Counted from the first letter of the stretch, positions 12,141 through 26,339 are shown. The stretch: 64,000 bases of DNA from Camelus dromedarius (GCF_036321535.1 NC_087436.1:48424001-48488000); one strand, 5' to 3'. Notes: generated from the letters alone by a model not told the origin. Numbers and translations are program-made.

Positions 12141-15100
12141 TGCCCACAAAGATTTCCAGTGAATTGGGTTGGATGCAATTTCTGATCCTCAGACCTTTAA
12201 CACTTCTTTTATTTTTATGATGTCAGCAGTTTATATTATTGTTTGGTAAAATATTTTGTTATTTCCTTACAAATATTAAAGATATTATTTTAACTCTTAT
12301 TGTAAATAGTTCTGCCAGTTATATAGCTCAGTAAATTTATTCCTCAAATGATTAGAATGAAAACATAACATACTCATTTTATCACTACACATAAAGATTG
12401 TACAAAGATGAGATCATAAATTTGATGTGTTATATTTTTACACGTGGCAGAAACAGCTTATGCCTTACTGTATGTTTCAACATACAAAATCAATGACTAG
12501 ATTGCTGCTATAGTATATAAAGATTTCTTACCAATACTGGCTTAAATATTGGAGTCATCGAGCTAAATATAATAACTACTCTGGGTTTCATCTGCAGTCC
12601 ATTCCATGTGGTGAGATGGACAGAGAAAGGGAGAGTAAAGAGTAAGGAGACAAGGACTAATATTTTCTAGCCACCAGGAATATATGTTGTTGCATGCAAT
12701 TTTAAATATAAAGAAACTGAGGCTTAGAGAAGATAAGCTGCTCAGCCACACAATCAATAAGCAGAGTCAGATTTGATACCAAAAACTTGCCCCCTAATAG
12801 ACTATGCTTTAGAAAAGAAACAACACTCTTACATGTGGATACTATCTTATCTCCTCTCTTTATGGTAGTTCACACTATTAAGTTTACAATCAATAAAAGT
12901 AAATACATTGTAGAATAAATGTGGTCTACGCTTAAAGACTACCAATTTACCAAGCAATCTCTCTACTTAATGAATGATGAGGAAGTAGAGAGTAAAGTTT
13001 AATATAACATCATTTTAGTAGCTGGAGAAGTCCAGTAATATTTGGAATGAAGAATCAGCTTCAAAAACAATGAAGAAAAGTAATGAATCTCTTAAGTGTT
13101 AGCTTCAAATGGAAAATGATTTTCCTGGAGGTAATAACTATTAATAAATATTACTGAATATCTATTCAGTAATAATAGAAATATAACTTTCTAGATCATT
13201 TTATTAGCTCTCAGAAACTGCCACAAAACTGCAAGAATATACAAAACTATCCTCTGAAACATAGGTTTTCAGAGATGATGGAACAGTTGATTGAATAATG
13301 TATCTACAGTAGAACAGGCAATGAAACCAAAACTAAGCCTGACTAGTATAAAAAATGAGGATTTTTCTTACCCCTTTTAAGATCATTTGATGATTTGACT
13401 GGGCAACAGAAAAACTAATTAATAAAAGAATAGAAAAAAATTTCAGTATATAAAGTATAAGATTTTTATTTTTTGTTTTTCAACTGTTGCTTACTCTAAG
13501 AGCATAATCCTACTTTGTGCACAGATCATGTGGGGAAGTGAACATTCTAGAATTCTGAAAAGCTGAAGGCAGACACATTGTTCAGAGGGCCTGAGTACTA
13601 ACTTTGAATTCCCACTCCCTATATCCCCCAAAAGATGTTGACAAACCGATAATGAATTCAAGTAGATCATCCCCAGGTTTGTGTAAAAGCTTCTAATCAA
13701 GACCATACGTTGTGTGGGTAAATTTCTGCTGACTGCAGACATATGCTCTGAGCAGTGCAGCACAAAATTAAGCTTATCAGATCCAGGAAGATATTAACAT
13801 TGTATAGAAAGCAATATTCATAACAATAATACGTAACACTTCCACTTACATAGTGCTTACTATGTGCCAGTCACTGCATTATGTGCTTTATGTGTATTGA
13901 CTCATTTAATCCCCTCAGTGTATTAAATGCTATTAATTACCCCTATTTTACAAGTGAGGAAATAGAGGCACAAGAGCTGCAGCTAAGAATTTAAAATACC
14001 AGGAAGGTCGCTAAGTGTTTAAAAAATTAAACCTCACAAAACTCACAAGAAACAAATACCATTAAAAATCCCTTCTTATAGATGCAAAAGCTGAGGCTCA
14101 GAAAGGTTCCTAGGTCACCCAACGCTGGTGGAGCTAAGATCTGAAGGTTTTAAAGTTCTTACACAAGACTGTCATAATTTTCCAGAAACAAAGATTTGAA
14201 CTAAAAATGAACTAGAAGTTAATGAGAGGAACCTCCAAATCTCGACTTTTGTTTTGAACACATAAGGCTCAATACCTGAACACCTTGAATGTGGCTGGAA
14301 GGCTTTAGCAAATCAGTAAATAAAACTGATTCACACAACTAAAAATTTGAGATTGCATTAAAACCCATCACATTATGATCACCAAATATAAATCAGAGCT
14401 GAAGTCTTGAATACAGTGCTAGCCTCTGGCTTACTCAAAACATTTCTCAGTAACACAATGTTTGGTAGGGTATAAAGTCAGTCTGAAACGAAAGTTTAAA
14501 TCACCTCCCATGAAAAGTTTACCTAGTATTTTAAACATTTAAAAAAAAAATGAACTCTATTTTCCAGAGAAATCTTTCATCATTCCTGTGTTATATCCTT
14601 CTTATAAATCTTATTTTCCTAATTTTCTTTTCTTTCTTTCTTTTTTTTTTTTGTTATGGCTATCCAAAGAAGGTAAGTGATGATATCAATAAAAGTTTAA
14701 AGCTAAAAACTGTAGAGCCTCTGTAATTGCTAAACACATACCAATAATCATCATTTGGAAATACACATATTGCAAGAGAACTCATCTTTCAGAGATTATT
14801 TTAGGACTACTCATTCTAAATAAAACACATAGATAATAGGAACTAATTAAAAAAAATCTGTACAGATGTAAAAAGCTGTGACTACCACCTCAGCATTTAA
14901 AATCTACAAATAGTAGTAAATATGAATTCCAGAGATCCAGGCTTTCACAAGTCTGGAACAGAAGCCAAAAATTTCATTTTAATTAGGCCATTCTATTGTA
15001 CAAAATGCTCACTGATCATCAGCTTCTCTGATATCTGCCAAGGCCATAAAAAGCTTAGCACTAACTTAATTACTTTATGTTTTCATTAACTGAGCTTTTG

Positions 15101-15459
15101 AATTATAATAATTGTAACTATCACCTTGTGTGGTACAAACACTAAAGTATAACTTTGCAAATAGGGGTCAATCACTTTTACAAAACTAATTAATAGAGAA
15201 AAATAGTTTTTGACAGGAATGATCTTGGCAACCATGAAGGCAGATACTCAGGTCTGTTCTCCAAACACTGGTGGGGTTTTTTTGGTGTGTTTTGTACATG
15301 TTTTACTAGCATGTTTCCTTCATTAACCAATTTATTGACCTCCTACTCTATGTCTGACATTTTTCTGGAATATAATTCTAGACATGTTCAGAAAAAAAGC
15401 AGTTAAGCAACTGGAAGAGTGTAGTGCCTGAGGGATGAGATGGGAAATACTATGGGAAA

Positions 15460-15880
15460 AAGGAAATCTAGGTAGAAGATTGGGAGATGCATTTTCTCCC
15501 TTGGGAAATATTAGTGAAGACTAGTAGGTATAAGTGACTGAATAATATAGCCAAGGGAATGAACATGGAAAGAAAAAGAGAAGAGGTCAAGCATGGAAAA
15601 AGAGAAAAGGTCAAGGGTCAAGGGTCAAGGGCCAAGGTCAGAGGCACTCTAACTAAGAGGTCAGGGAGGTAAGAAGAATCAGCAAAGGAGACGAGCAGAG
15701 CAGCCAGTGAAGCATGAGGACCACCACGCAGGTGTGGTGTCAGAAGCCAAGTTAAAATTAATTAAGGACTGAGAACTAGCCATGGATTTAGCTACAGGGA
15801 GTAACTGGTGACCTTGACAAGAGCAGTTCTGGTGGAACAGTGGACAGAGAAACCTCATCAAAATGGGTTTTACAGAAAAG
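15460..15880 (-). mobile_element. L2 LINE fragment
   Basis: L2-like gtgtggtgtcagaagccaag and tggatttagctacagggagtaactggtgaccttgacaagagcagttctggtgga. Confidence 0.7.
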
Positions 15881-15898
15881 AATCAAATACAAACAGGT

Positions 15899-16682
15899 TT
15901 TTTGGTTTTTTTTTTTTAATTTTAAAAAACATTTTATTAGTTTCAGGTATACAACATAGTAATTAGATATTTTTATACATTATTAAATGAAAACTGCAAG
16001 AAGATCAATTACTATCTGTCACCATACAAAGTTGTTACAATATTGATTATATTCCCTACATATACATTATATCCCTGTGACTTACTTATTTTATAGCTGT
16101 AAGTTTGTACCTCTTCATTGCCTTCACCTATTTTGTCCATCCTCCAGCCTCTTTCCCCTCTAGTAACTATCAGTTTGTTCTCTGTATCTACAATTTTCTG
16201 TTTTATTTGTTTGTTTTGCTTTTTAGATTCCACATATATGTAAAATCATATGGGATTTGTCTTTATCTGACTTATTTTACTAAGCATAATACACTCAAGG
16301 TCCATCCGTATTGCTACAAATGGTAAGATTTCATTCTTTTAATGGTTCAGTGATATTACATTGTGTGTGTGTGTGTGTGTATACATACATATATATTTCC
16401 CACATCTTTTTTATCTATTCATCTATCGATGAACACTTAGGTTGCTTCCATATCTTGGCTATCATAAACAATGCTGCAATGAACGTAGGGGTGCATATAT
16501 CTTTCCAAGTTAGTTTTTGTTTCCTTCAGATAAATACCTAGAAGTGAAATTTCTGGATCATATGGTAATTCTACTTTTAGGTTTTTGAGGAATCTCCATA
16601 CTGTTTTCCACAGAGGCTGCACCAATTTACATTCCCTCCAACAGTGCACGAGGGTTCCCTTTTCTCCACATCCTCACCACAT
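15899..16682 (-). mobile_element. L1 3' portion (non-inverted arm of a 5'-inverted L1)
   Basis: T-rich tail at ~15899-15920, L1 3'UTR, ORF2 C-terminal peptide [31 protein letters not shown] (ORF 16437-16649). Confidence 0.9.
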
Positions 16683-17572
16683 TTACAACTGACTCAAAAA
16701 ATACCTAGGAATAAATTTAACTGAGGAGTTGGAAGACCTGTACTCTGAAAACTGTAAGACACTGAGGAAAGAAACGGAAGATGACACAAATAAATGGAAA
16801 GATACATTGTGTTCATGGACTGGAAGAATCAGTATCGCTAAGATGTCCATACTATCCAAAGCAATCTCCAGATTCAATGCAATCTCTACCAAAATTTGCA
16901 TGGCATTTTTCTTAGAACTAGAACAAATAATCCTACAAAGTGTATGGAAACACAAAAGACCTTAAATAGCCAAAGCAATCTTAAGAAAGAAAAACAAGGC
17001 TGGAGGTGTCATATTTGAAACTATACCAAACTTGAAATTATACTACAAAGCTGTAGTAATCTTAACAGTATACTGCCACAAAAACAGACACAAAGATAAA
17101 TGGAACAGAAGAGAGCCCGTGCTCAAATCAACAATTAATCTGTGACGAAGGAGGCAAGAATACACAATGGGGGAAAGACGGTCTCTTCCATAAATGGTGT
17201 TAGGAAAACTAGACAGCTACATACAAAAGAATCAAACTGGACTCCTTTCTTACACCATATACAAAAATAAACTCAAAGTGGATTAAAGACTTAAATGTAA
17301 GTCCTGAAACCATAAAACTCCTGGAAGAAAACACAGGCAGTAACCTCTCTGATATCAGTCTTAATATTTTGTTAAATATGTCTCCTCAGGCAAATGCAAC
17401 AATAGAAAAAATAAACAAATGGGACTACATCAGACTAAAAAGTTTTTGCACAGTGAAGTAAAGCCACCAAGAAAACTAAAAGGCAATCAACTGAATGAGA
17501 GATAATATTTGGATATATATCTAACATATATAAAGAACTCATACCACTCAATAAAAAAATTATTTTTAAAGA
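16683..17572 (+). mobile_element. L1 ORF2 fragment (inverted arm of the same L1)
   Basis: [65 protein letters not shown]2 remnant with stops and frameshifts, opposite in orientation to the abutting 3' arm. Confidence 0.9.
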
Positions 17573-20514
17573 ACAAATAGGTCCAAAAGTTAAAGACTCT
17601 TGCATATCATACATGCTTTGTGATTCAACATTAACATATATTTATTAATAATACTCAATATCAATAGAAATAAGCATGATCTTAGAAGTTAAAATCTGAA
17701 TGTAAATTCTCATTTATCATTAGACCAAAAATAGTGCATTCTCAAAAAAAAAAAGGGGGGGTGTCATAGCCTTTGTCTCCTAGCTATAATACTATTTTCA
17801 AGTTATTTTTGCTTGATGCTTTAGGGACCAGTTACCATATTTAAATACTAAAATTTATGGCTTCACACATTTAAGATTAAAAAAAAAGTAGTGAAGAGGT
17901 TTTTAGCCAGTGTTATAAAAATATTACTTGGCATCTTCTAAACCCAGTGGAAATTTTTGGTTTTGTAGTTGGAGAAAACAGCTGTTAAGTGTAAAAGCCT
18001 ATTCAAAGCCAAATAGCAATTCAAAGGTTTGAGCCCCAACTGCAGTTTCTATACCATACTTAATATATACAACATGAAATATAAATCTCTAGACACTGAG
18101 TACATTTAACTTCACATCAAAATGTACCAGCAGACACCTTAAGCTTTAAAATGTAAAACATATGGTGAAAAATAAAGCACTGATAAATCATGGCTGTCTC
18201 TGGGAAAAGGAAGAAGAAAGAATTAAGACTAATGGTCTGTTGCATACATAGTATTAACTGTTATTTCCTTTCAGATTTACTGCTACAGAAGCAGTAACTG
18301 ATATGGAAGCGTAAGCAAGATGAGTATTAACAGACCTCATGTCTCTAAATGTATCAATTATTTGATGCTGTTCAGCTTGGTTAAGCATATTATAATTTAT
18401 AAGAAAATAATTCAAACAACCTTATGGGCCCCTTTAACATTAGGTTTTCCTTTCTTTCATTTTACAAATATTTTTTGTACATGATCTATATATTCATATG
18501 CTAAGACACAAGGAGAAACTATAAATATGGAAGAAATATCACACTTTGGAACAATGTAAATAAAAACACACAAATAGCCAAACAGATTGAAAGATTAAAA
18601 AATATAGCAAAGGCAAGAAACCCATACTGGGTTATTAGCATCTCTAATTTAGTCACCGAGTAACTAAAAACAACAACAACTGTCAATAGACTTAATAATA
18701 ACATTCAAATAATAACAACTGATTCAAGGGTTGAAATATTAATCCATTAATTCTATGAGACAAGGGAATGAAAGTTGTTATAGAAAAAAAAGAACTATAA
18801 GCCTTCTCTAACGAAATAGTCCATATGAATTCATAGTAAGCAGCAATCAACAAACAAAAATGCTAACAGTATTAGAGGTTCAGGCACATCTACTGATCCT
18901 TCTACAAACTCTAAATAGCCTTAAGCAAGTAACTAAGTTTTGATGGGTCTCAGTTTCCAAATTTGTAAAATAGTGGGTTAAAGTAGATGATCTCTTCCAG
19001 TTCTAAACATCTACAATTTATATCAAAAATAAAACTTAAAATGTACTAAATCATAAGTATTTAAGTAAAAAGAAAGGCAAATGTTAATCTGAAAAGGTAA
19101 ACCAAGATTTGGGGTTTTTTTCCCTCAATATATGATGACTCCTAAAAGAAAAAAGTTGGTTATTATTGTTATTCCATTCCAACTTAGTGAGAGACTTCTA
19201 AACAATTTCAGGTTTGTCACATATACACATGACAGCTTATCCAGAAGCATGAAGTCTGGGGAAGTGTTTTGATATCCTGGTAAGTAGAGTGGCAATCATG
19301 TGCTCCTAGAACCTAAAGTCATCATGCTGCTTCGAGAAACGATTCAGACTGGGATTTCCCCCAAACCTAATTTACCAGAGAAAGTTCTAAGAGCACAGAC
19401 CATTATGATTTCCAATCTAACAAAGTTTAAAACATACACATGCAATCAAAATCACGGATACTTGTTAAATAACTTCCGTAGTTTTTAGATTAGTCTACTT
19501 TGGATTAGGAGTGGAGAGCTGACTTTCAAGGAAGTTAACTCATGCTTTTATCCATTTTTTTAATCTTATTATTCCAATGTTAAAATTCTTCATATCCTAG
19601 TATTTCATCACAGTTAACACAGGATTAAAAAAAATAGGACTATACAATCACATCAGCCTTGCTATTCCATTAAAACTCAGCTATTTCTATAAATATGTCT
19701 CCAAATCAATTCTGACTTTTAAACCTAATTCTATTCGTTATCCTAATTTATTTCTGCTTTCCCTTACTCAAGTCAAATGAACAGCTTCTGTAAATGCAGT
19801 CTTTTAATTTCTAACTCTTTTTCCTCTTATGAGATCTTCCCTCTTTTAAGAAAGAAATATTTTTCTACATCTGCCAAGCATCCTTTCTCTTCTGCTTCAA
19901 AGACTTATTTGAAGAAAGTTTCTCACACATTATGGAGCTTCATCTGTCTCAGAAGCATTTTATTGGAGAGAATAAGCAATATGAAATGAAACTTCCTTTT
20001 AGGTTATAAAAATAAGTATAAATTTTGACTGAAGAGATTTTTCTCTATACCCTCAAGTCTGGTAAAAGCATATGCAAGTATATTATTAGACAGACTTAGA
20101 AAATTATACATTTTTCCCTTCCTGTCTGACCTTTTTATCTCTTCATTTTTCTGTATTGCATTCTGAGACAATGCACAGCTTAAATGATTTTGCAACACAT
20201 TAATTTGTTCTCTATCCACATTACCCTCTTCTGCTATGTAGGTATCAAAATTAGTACTTCACCTAGGGTAAAATCTCTTCGGTGTTTTCTGTAAACTGAG
20301 TGTTCACGGGAAGAGGGTGATTAGATGGTTGTACTCAGTGTGCCAACTTGAGTCAATCTCAATAAACTTGATAATAATATCAGTAATAATAGTCATTTAA
20401 AGTTAAAGACTTGTAAGTCATACACAGGACTGATTTTAAATTTAAACATTCCAAGCACAGCTTTGAGAACAATAATTTCCAAACTATTTTAAATAAGGAC
20501 TAATAAATACTTAC

Positions 20515-20683
20515 CAGGGAAAGCATCAAAAGTAATTCTGTCTCCAGGAACAGACCCATCAGGAGGTGCCAAGATTTCAACTTTCTCTGGTGAGCTAGCA
20601 CACATCACCATTGCTTGGGATAATACTCCCCTCATCTTTGCAGGTTTCAGGTTACAAAGTAAAATCACCAGCCGATTTTGCAT
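20515..20683 (-). CDS. AIMP1: AIMP1 coding exon (OB-fold part 2)
   Basis: cacacag|ATG...[57 protein letters not shown]|gtaagt; 169 nt. Confidence 0.97.
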
Positions 20684-22069
20684 CTGTGTGAAATACAAAC
20701 TGATGATTAAAGACGTACAGAGCTTTAGAATAATCATAATCATAGAATACATTAAAGTACATCTATATGCTAAATAGCAAATGTTCTATTTTTGTGGCTG
20801 TTTTTATTTTTATTTGTGTCCCAAATCTTTTATGTTGTTAAGTTTTATATCAACATGAAAAAAAATTCTACAAGCTGCCAATACATTATAAATCAAAGAG
20901 CAAAGGTAAGGCCTTTCACTTAAGTATTTATTGAATGAACAAATAAATGATTGAGTAAAACAGATTTGGTTTTGAATAGCTACCATGTACTAGCAATGAG
21001 ACTGTATAAAGTTGATCTCCCTGTATAAAGTCGATGAAGCAAATGATATTAAATATCTGTCACAAGGATTAAATCATAACATGTATGTAAACACTTAGAT
21101 TAGCATTAGCACTAAACAAATGCATAATCATTTTCTCCTACATGTTTGTCATTTTCAAAACTATGCAAGATTCATTTCCTAATTTAAAAAATACTGTTCA
21201 CTTAACAATTCAAGCAGTATGCACACCACAATTAAACTTAGGGCTATTTCTACAATTTATTATAGAAATAAACAAATTTCTTTAAACTTCAAAAGTTGAA
21301 GTCTCTTAATTTTTTCCCCAACACACAAAAATAAGAAACACAGTTGTTTAAATTCTTTCAACAGGTTTAAAATAAAAGAACATATGAGAGCACTATCACT
21401 ATGGGGCAGGAGAGTGGGTGAGAATTCTGGATAAAAAAATTTTACAAATAAATGTTATGTGTAAATTTACCTCCTAATTCTATGATTAAAAAATATAAGC
21501 CTAAGAATCGAATGTAAAAAGCCCTCTTTTTGGAGGTCTTCATGAATAAGACTCTTCTTCAAACAAATAACTGTAATGTCACATAAATGAGAACTTTAAA
21601 AAAAAAAACCATAGCAAATATGTATAAGAAAAACAACAGCGTTAGCTATATGCACTCTGTTAAGAATTAGATGATAGCTGGGGATATTTATCTCAGAAAA
21701 ATAGACAAATGTAGAAAATCTGGTATGCAATTTTGGGGCTAAGTGCTGTTACTTTATAGAATGCTTACTAGTACTGACTTGATGGGTTAGATACAGATGT
21801 GTATATAAATAACTTTGCTTGTGGCTGCGAGTGGCAGCTTTAGGAAGAGAAGAAATAGTCTGCAACTTATAAGAACAAAGATGAAGTCCCATTGAGGAAG
21901 AGTTTTTCCAATTTTGAGCTGGCTCAAGATCAGTTGGTTCTTTTCTCCAGGGCTCCTTATGAATCTAACTTCATAAGTACTTATGAAGGAGCCCTGGTCC
22001 TGTACAAAATGAATGTTAACAAGAAAAAAACAAAACATGTGCCAAGTTTATCTTTTTTTCAGAGATAAG

Positions 22070-22770
22070 AGAAATTTCTTCACTGATCTCCTTAATTCCA
22101 TCTTTCTCCCCTCAGCAAAGCAACCAGATGATACTATTAGTATGTGAGACAGATCATGTTACTCCTTAGCTCAAAAATCCTCCAATGGCTTTCATCTCAC
22201 TCAGCATAAAAGCCTAAGTTTCTACAATGATCTGTAAGAACCTTTTATCATTTGGCACCCTCATCTCTGATTTCATCTCCCATGGCATTTCCCCTTGCTT
22301 ACTCTGCTACAGTGACACTGGCCTCCTGCTGTTCTTCAAACATCCCAGGCATACATCTGACTCAGGGCTGCCTGAAAATGCTCTCCCACCAGACAGAATA
22401 ACTTGTTTTCTTCATTTTCTTAGACCGTTACTTAAATATCACTTTCTTTGGCACTCCTTGGCCACTTTATGTAGACAACATCTTCCTAGCCTTAATACTT
22501 CCTAGATTCTTTCCCTACTTTACTTTTCTCCTGGTATTTATCGTTATGTAACATAGTATGTATTATAATTTTCTGACTCCCCCATTGGAATATGAGCTTC
22601 ACAAAGGCAGGGTTTCTTGCTTTTTTTTCTTTTTAAACATATCTATCTATCTATCTACCTACTTATCTATCTATTTTAATTCACTGTTGTCCCCCTTGCC
22701 TAGAATAGTTCCTGGTACACTGTGGGTGCTTAATAAATATCTGCATGCAGAAACATGAATGAATGAATGC
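22070..22770 (+). mobile_element. L2 LINE 3' end
   Basis: gatcatgttactccttagctcaaaaatcctccaatggctttc...cctagaatagttcctggtacactgtgggtgcttaataaatatctgc ending in gaatgaatgaatg. Confidence 0.85.
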
Positions 22771-23559
22771 AGGAACTTGCGCAAGTTCACAATGCCAATA
22801 AGCAACAGAGTTGGCAATGAACAGAGGGGCAGACCATCTTAATACTGAAGTCTATGGTCTTTGTGATATCTTTGAAGCACCATGAGGCAGAGGAAATAGG
22901 TAGATGACTCAAATTACTAAAGAAGATGTCTAGAAAGAGCAAATTAAAAACTACTACTGTCTTTGATTCTTTCCAATGTCATTGGAAACATATATATACA
23001 TTTAAATACTTAAGTAATAAAATACAAAACATCCAACATTTAATGAGTAAGTAATACCGTTAAAAACTGCAAGTTCGATTTTCATGATTCCCTCTCCTCT
23101 TTATTCTTCAGGTATGAAAATACTTCTTGAGTTATTAAGAAAAAAAAAAACTCATTCTCTTACTTTTAGATTGGAGCTGTCTGAGTTTATGTAACAGTGA
23201 GTTTTAAAAAATCAAGGAATAATAAAATTCCATGATGGTACAACGAAGATGAAAAAAATACATATTATATTTTATACAAAACACCAATATAAAAACATTT
23301 TTGAAAATTAAGAAAAAATAATACATCTTTTCTTCTTTCCATGATCATGAATTTGATCTTAATTTATACATCGTTTACAAGTTTTTGGTAGTTATATGCA
23401 CTTTTGGTGGAATTCATTACATTCAAATGAATCAACTGAATTAACCAATATTGGCTCATGTTGAATGGTAATCTGATACAAAATCATATGAAAAATCATT
23501 CAGAAAGAGGGAATGAAAGTGACATGTATATGTAAAGTAATTTTAGCTGTTCAGATTAC

Positions 23560-23771
23560 CTGTTCAAGAGGAACATGATTCACCAGGCCACTGACAACTG
23601 TTCTTGGGGTTGTTTCCCCAACATCTACTTCTTCCACATACAAAGAATCTGCATCAGGGTGTTTTTTGGCCGTGATGATACAACCAATTCGAAGATCAAG
23701 ACGGGAAACATCGACAGGCTTAGAGTCAGCGCTTCCTGCTACTGATTGCTGCTTTTTCTCCTTTTTCTCTC
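23560..23771 (-). CDS. AIMP1: AIMP1 coding exon (EMAP II start, OB-fold part 1)
   Basis: tttttag|GA...[70 protein letters not shown]|gtaatc; 212 nt; includes the GSAD/SKP site at which EMAP II is released. Confidence 0.97.
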
Positions 23772-23991
23772 CTAAAAAATACTTATGAATGAGTAAACAT
23801 CGGAAGTAAAACAAAAATACACTATGAAAAACTCCAAAGCATTAATACTGATGAGTTTAAAAGAAAAATGAAAGTGTTTATCTCCTATATTCACTTACAT
23901 AAAAACAAAGGAAAGAATTATTCATATCATAACATCTTAATTCTATTTTAGCTGCTTCTCCATTGAATACCTGTCTCTCTAGCTGATGACA

Positions 23992-24211
23992 TAGCGTAGA
24001 CGTTCGTAATCTATGGCTCACAGACCAAATCCAGCTTGCTACCTGTCAAACAGCTTTACTAGAACAAAACCATATTCATTAATTTATGTATTGTTTGGAT
24101 GCCTTTGTACTACAGCAGAGTGAAGAAGCTGTAACAGAGACTTTACAGCCTGCAAAGCTTATTAACATATTTACTAAAGAGCCCTTTACAGAGAAAGTTT
24201 ACCTATCCCTG
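23992..24211. mobile_element. MER58A-like hAT-Charlie DNA transposon
   Basis: cagaccaaatccagcttgctacctg...gtaacagagactttacagcctgcaaagc...ccctttacagagaaagtttacctatccctg. Confidence 0.75.
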
Positions 24212-25506
24212 AAACAGCCATGTAAAGAATTTTTTAAGATTTACTGTGACTCTAGAGAGTGAAAAATTATTTATTTATAAAGAATACCACAATCAGTAGC
24301 CAATAATAGAATGAACTACAATCAAATATAATTTCACTGATAAAATGTTTCTCTCATCAGTTAAACACACCAATAAATATACAGTGAATTTCTCCATTTC
24401 TTATATTTCCCTGAAGACTTACTAGGGCTTTAGGTTTATCCACAGCAACTATTTGAGGGGAATAGAACACTTTATTCTGATTATGTTTTTAAAATTTTAC
24501 TACTACTTATATGCTTCTAATATAACTTTCATTAGCAAAAGATACTTTAGCCACTGAATCAAAATGCAACCTGTAAAGAGTTCATATTTCCTAAGTTTAC
24601 ATTTAGCTTCTCTGGCATCAAAAAAAAATTTTTTTTAAGTAAAACAAAATAAAAACTTATTTATCTTCCAACTACAAGGTTGAGATAAGGTAATGTGGCT
24701 TCGAAGCATCCTTTCTCATCCTTTTATATCTTTGTTTCATCTTTGAACAAATATTTACTGAGATCTAAGACACAGCAAATTGTAAGATTAGTGGCCCACA
24801 CTAGCCAGGCACTAAAAATCTCTTTTAAGACACATGTATACAAGGAACATGTGATAAACATTTCATACACAAAAAAATATAGAAACACAGAGAAGAATAA
24901 TTCTCTCCACTCTCCAGAGTGGGAACAAATGATTTTGTATAAAGGACATTCACAATTTATACAAAGATAGTTTACAAAGGTGGGTGTAGAGCTAGTTCAA
25001 AATAATGGACAATTTTTAATCTCATTAGCATTTTTTTTTAACAAACACCATTTTCCATATAACATTCTAGGAAAAGATTTTTTTAATGGTAAAGACATAA
25101 ATGATACAAAAATGTATGCATAATTACTAGAAAAAAACACACCAAAAATCTTAATAGCAGTTGTCTTTGAGTGATAAACTATATATTTACTCTAAAATAC
25201 TATACACAGTATAACAGTATGATATAACTATATTCATAAACATTTTTTAACTTTAATCTACCACCTGAGCATCTGAAATACCTTTATCAGCAATCCATAT
25301 TACAGAGGTGATTGCAAAAATCAACATCTATACCAAAATTCTGTTAGTCATCATAAGGGATTTTATAAATGTTTTGCTGACAAATGATTGATGCTCATAT
25401 GTGGCAGTACAGAAAGACTATATGAGCATTAAAGCCCTTGCTTGAGCAGAATTTTGGAATCTGGCAATCTTAGCAGCCAAACATTTATGCAACAGCCCAC
25501 TGTTCC

Positions 25507-25690
25507 AGCAATGTCCAATACAGGAGCTGTCAACCCCATATAGCTATTTACATTTAAATTTAAAATTAAATTAAAAATTCAGTTTTTCAGTCATACCAGA
25601 CACATTTCAAATGTTCATAGCCACATGTGGCTATTGGCTACTGTGTTGGATAATGCAGCTACACAAAACAGAAAGCTCTATTGGAGAGAG
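25507..25690. mobile_element. MER3-like hAT-Charlie element
   Basis: tgtccaataca...tttaaatttaaaattaaattaaaaattcag...tagccacatgtggctattggctactgtgttgga...agaaagctctattgga. Confidence 0.75.
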
Positions 25691-26339
25691 GCATTCTAGA
25701 CCTAGACCTCCAGTTGGACTTGCATGCTCCCTCCTCCCACAAAGGAAGATATAGTTGCCCCATTTGACCAGAAGGTTGACTGATCCTGTAGCCACAATAA
25801 TGCACCCTCTTTGAGGAGGGAACTCACCAAACTTGTAAGAACAGGATGCATGATAAAATTAATAAAGTGAAAGAATAAGCCTGACTTGCTTCCATTGTAA
25901 CCATTACCACCTAGTGGTGAAGTTATGTAAGAAGGGATGTCCAGGCCCTAACTACTTCTAACAGAGGCTCCTGATGCTTACCAAGAGGAACTGACAAGTG
26001 TTAGGTGCTAAAATGGCTTTGGTTAGTTCATAAACCCCTCAACCATATCATATTTTCCAAAAAAAAATTTTAAATGAGTATAAGTATTATGAGAGGCATG
26101 CATAATGAATTACAATAGCACTTTTTAAGACATATTTGGGGAAACAAAGTCTAGAAAGGAATAAAGGAGAGAAGTCAGATTTATGATTGAAAAAATAGCT
26201 TCCGCAGCAAGGTAAACTAGAAAGCATGAGGCTTTAACATTAATTCAAATGAGATCATGAGAACCTGAGCTACCTGGAAGCACCTAACAAAATGGAGGCA
26301 CAGAGCTGGTCTCCAGATGTGTTTTGGTGGTAGAAATTA

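Noticed and set aside
19212..19279. Antisense micro-exon (tttcag|...CTG|gtaagt) in an AIMP1 intron
   Set aside because: Strong donor but poor polypyrimidine tract; such pairs arise by chance over 64 kb.
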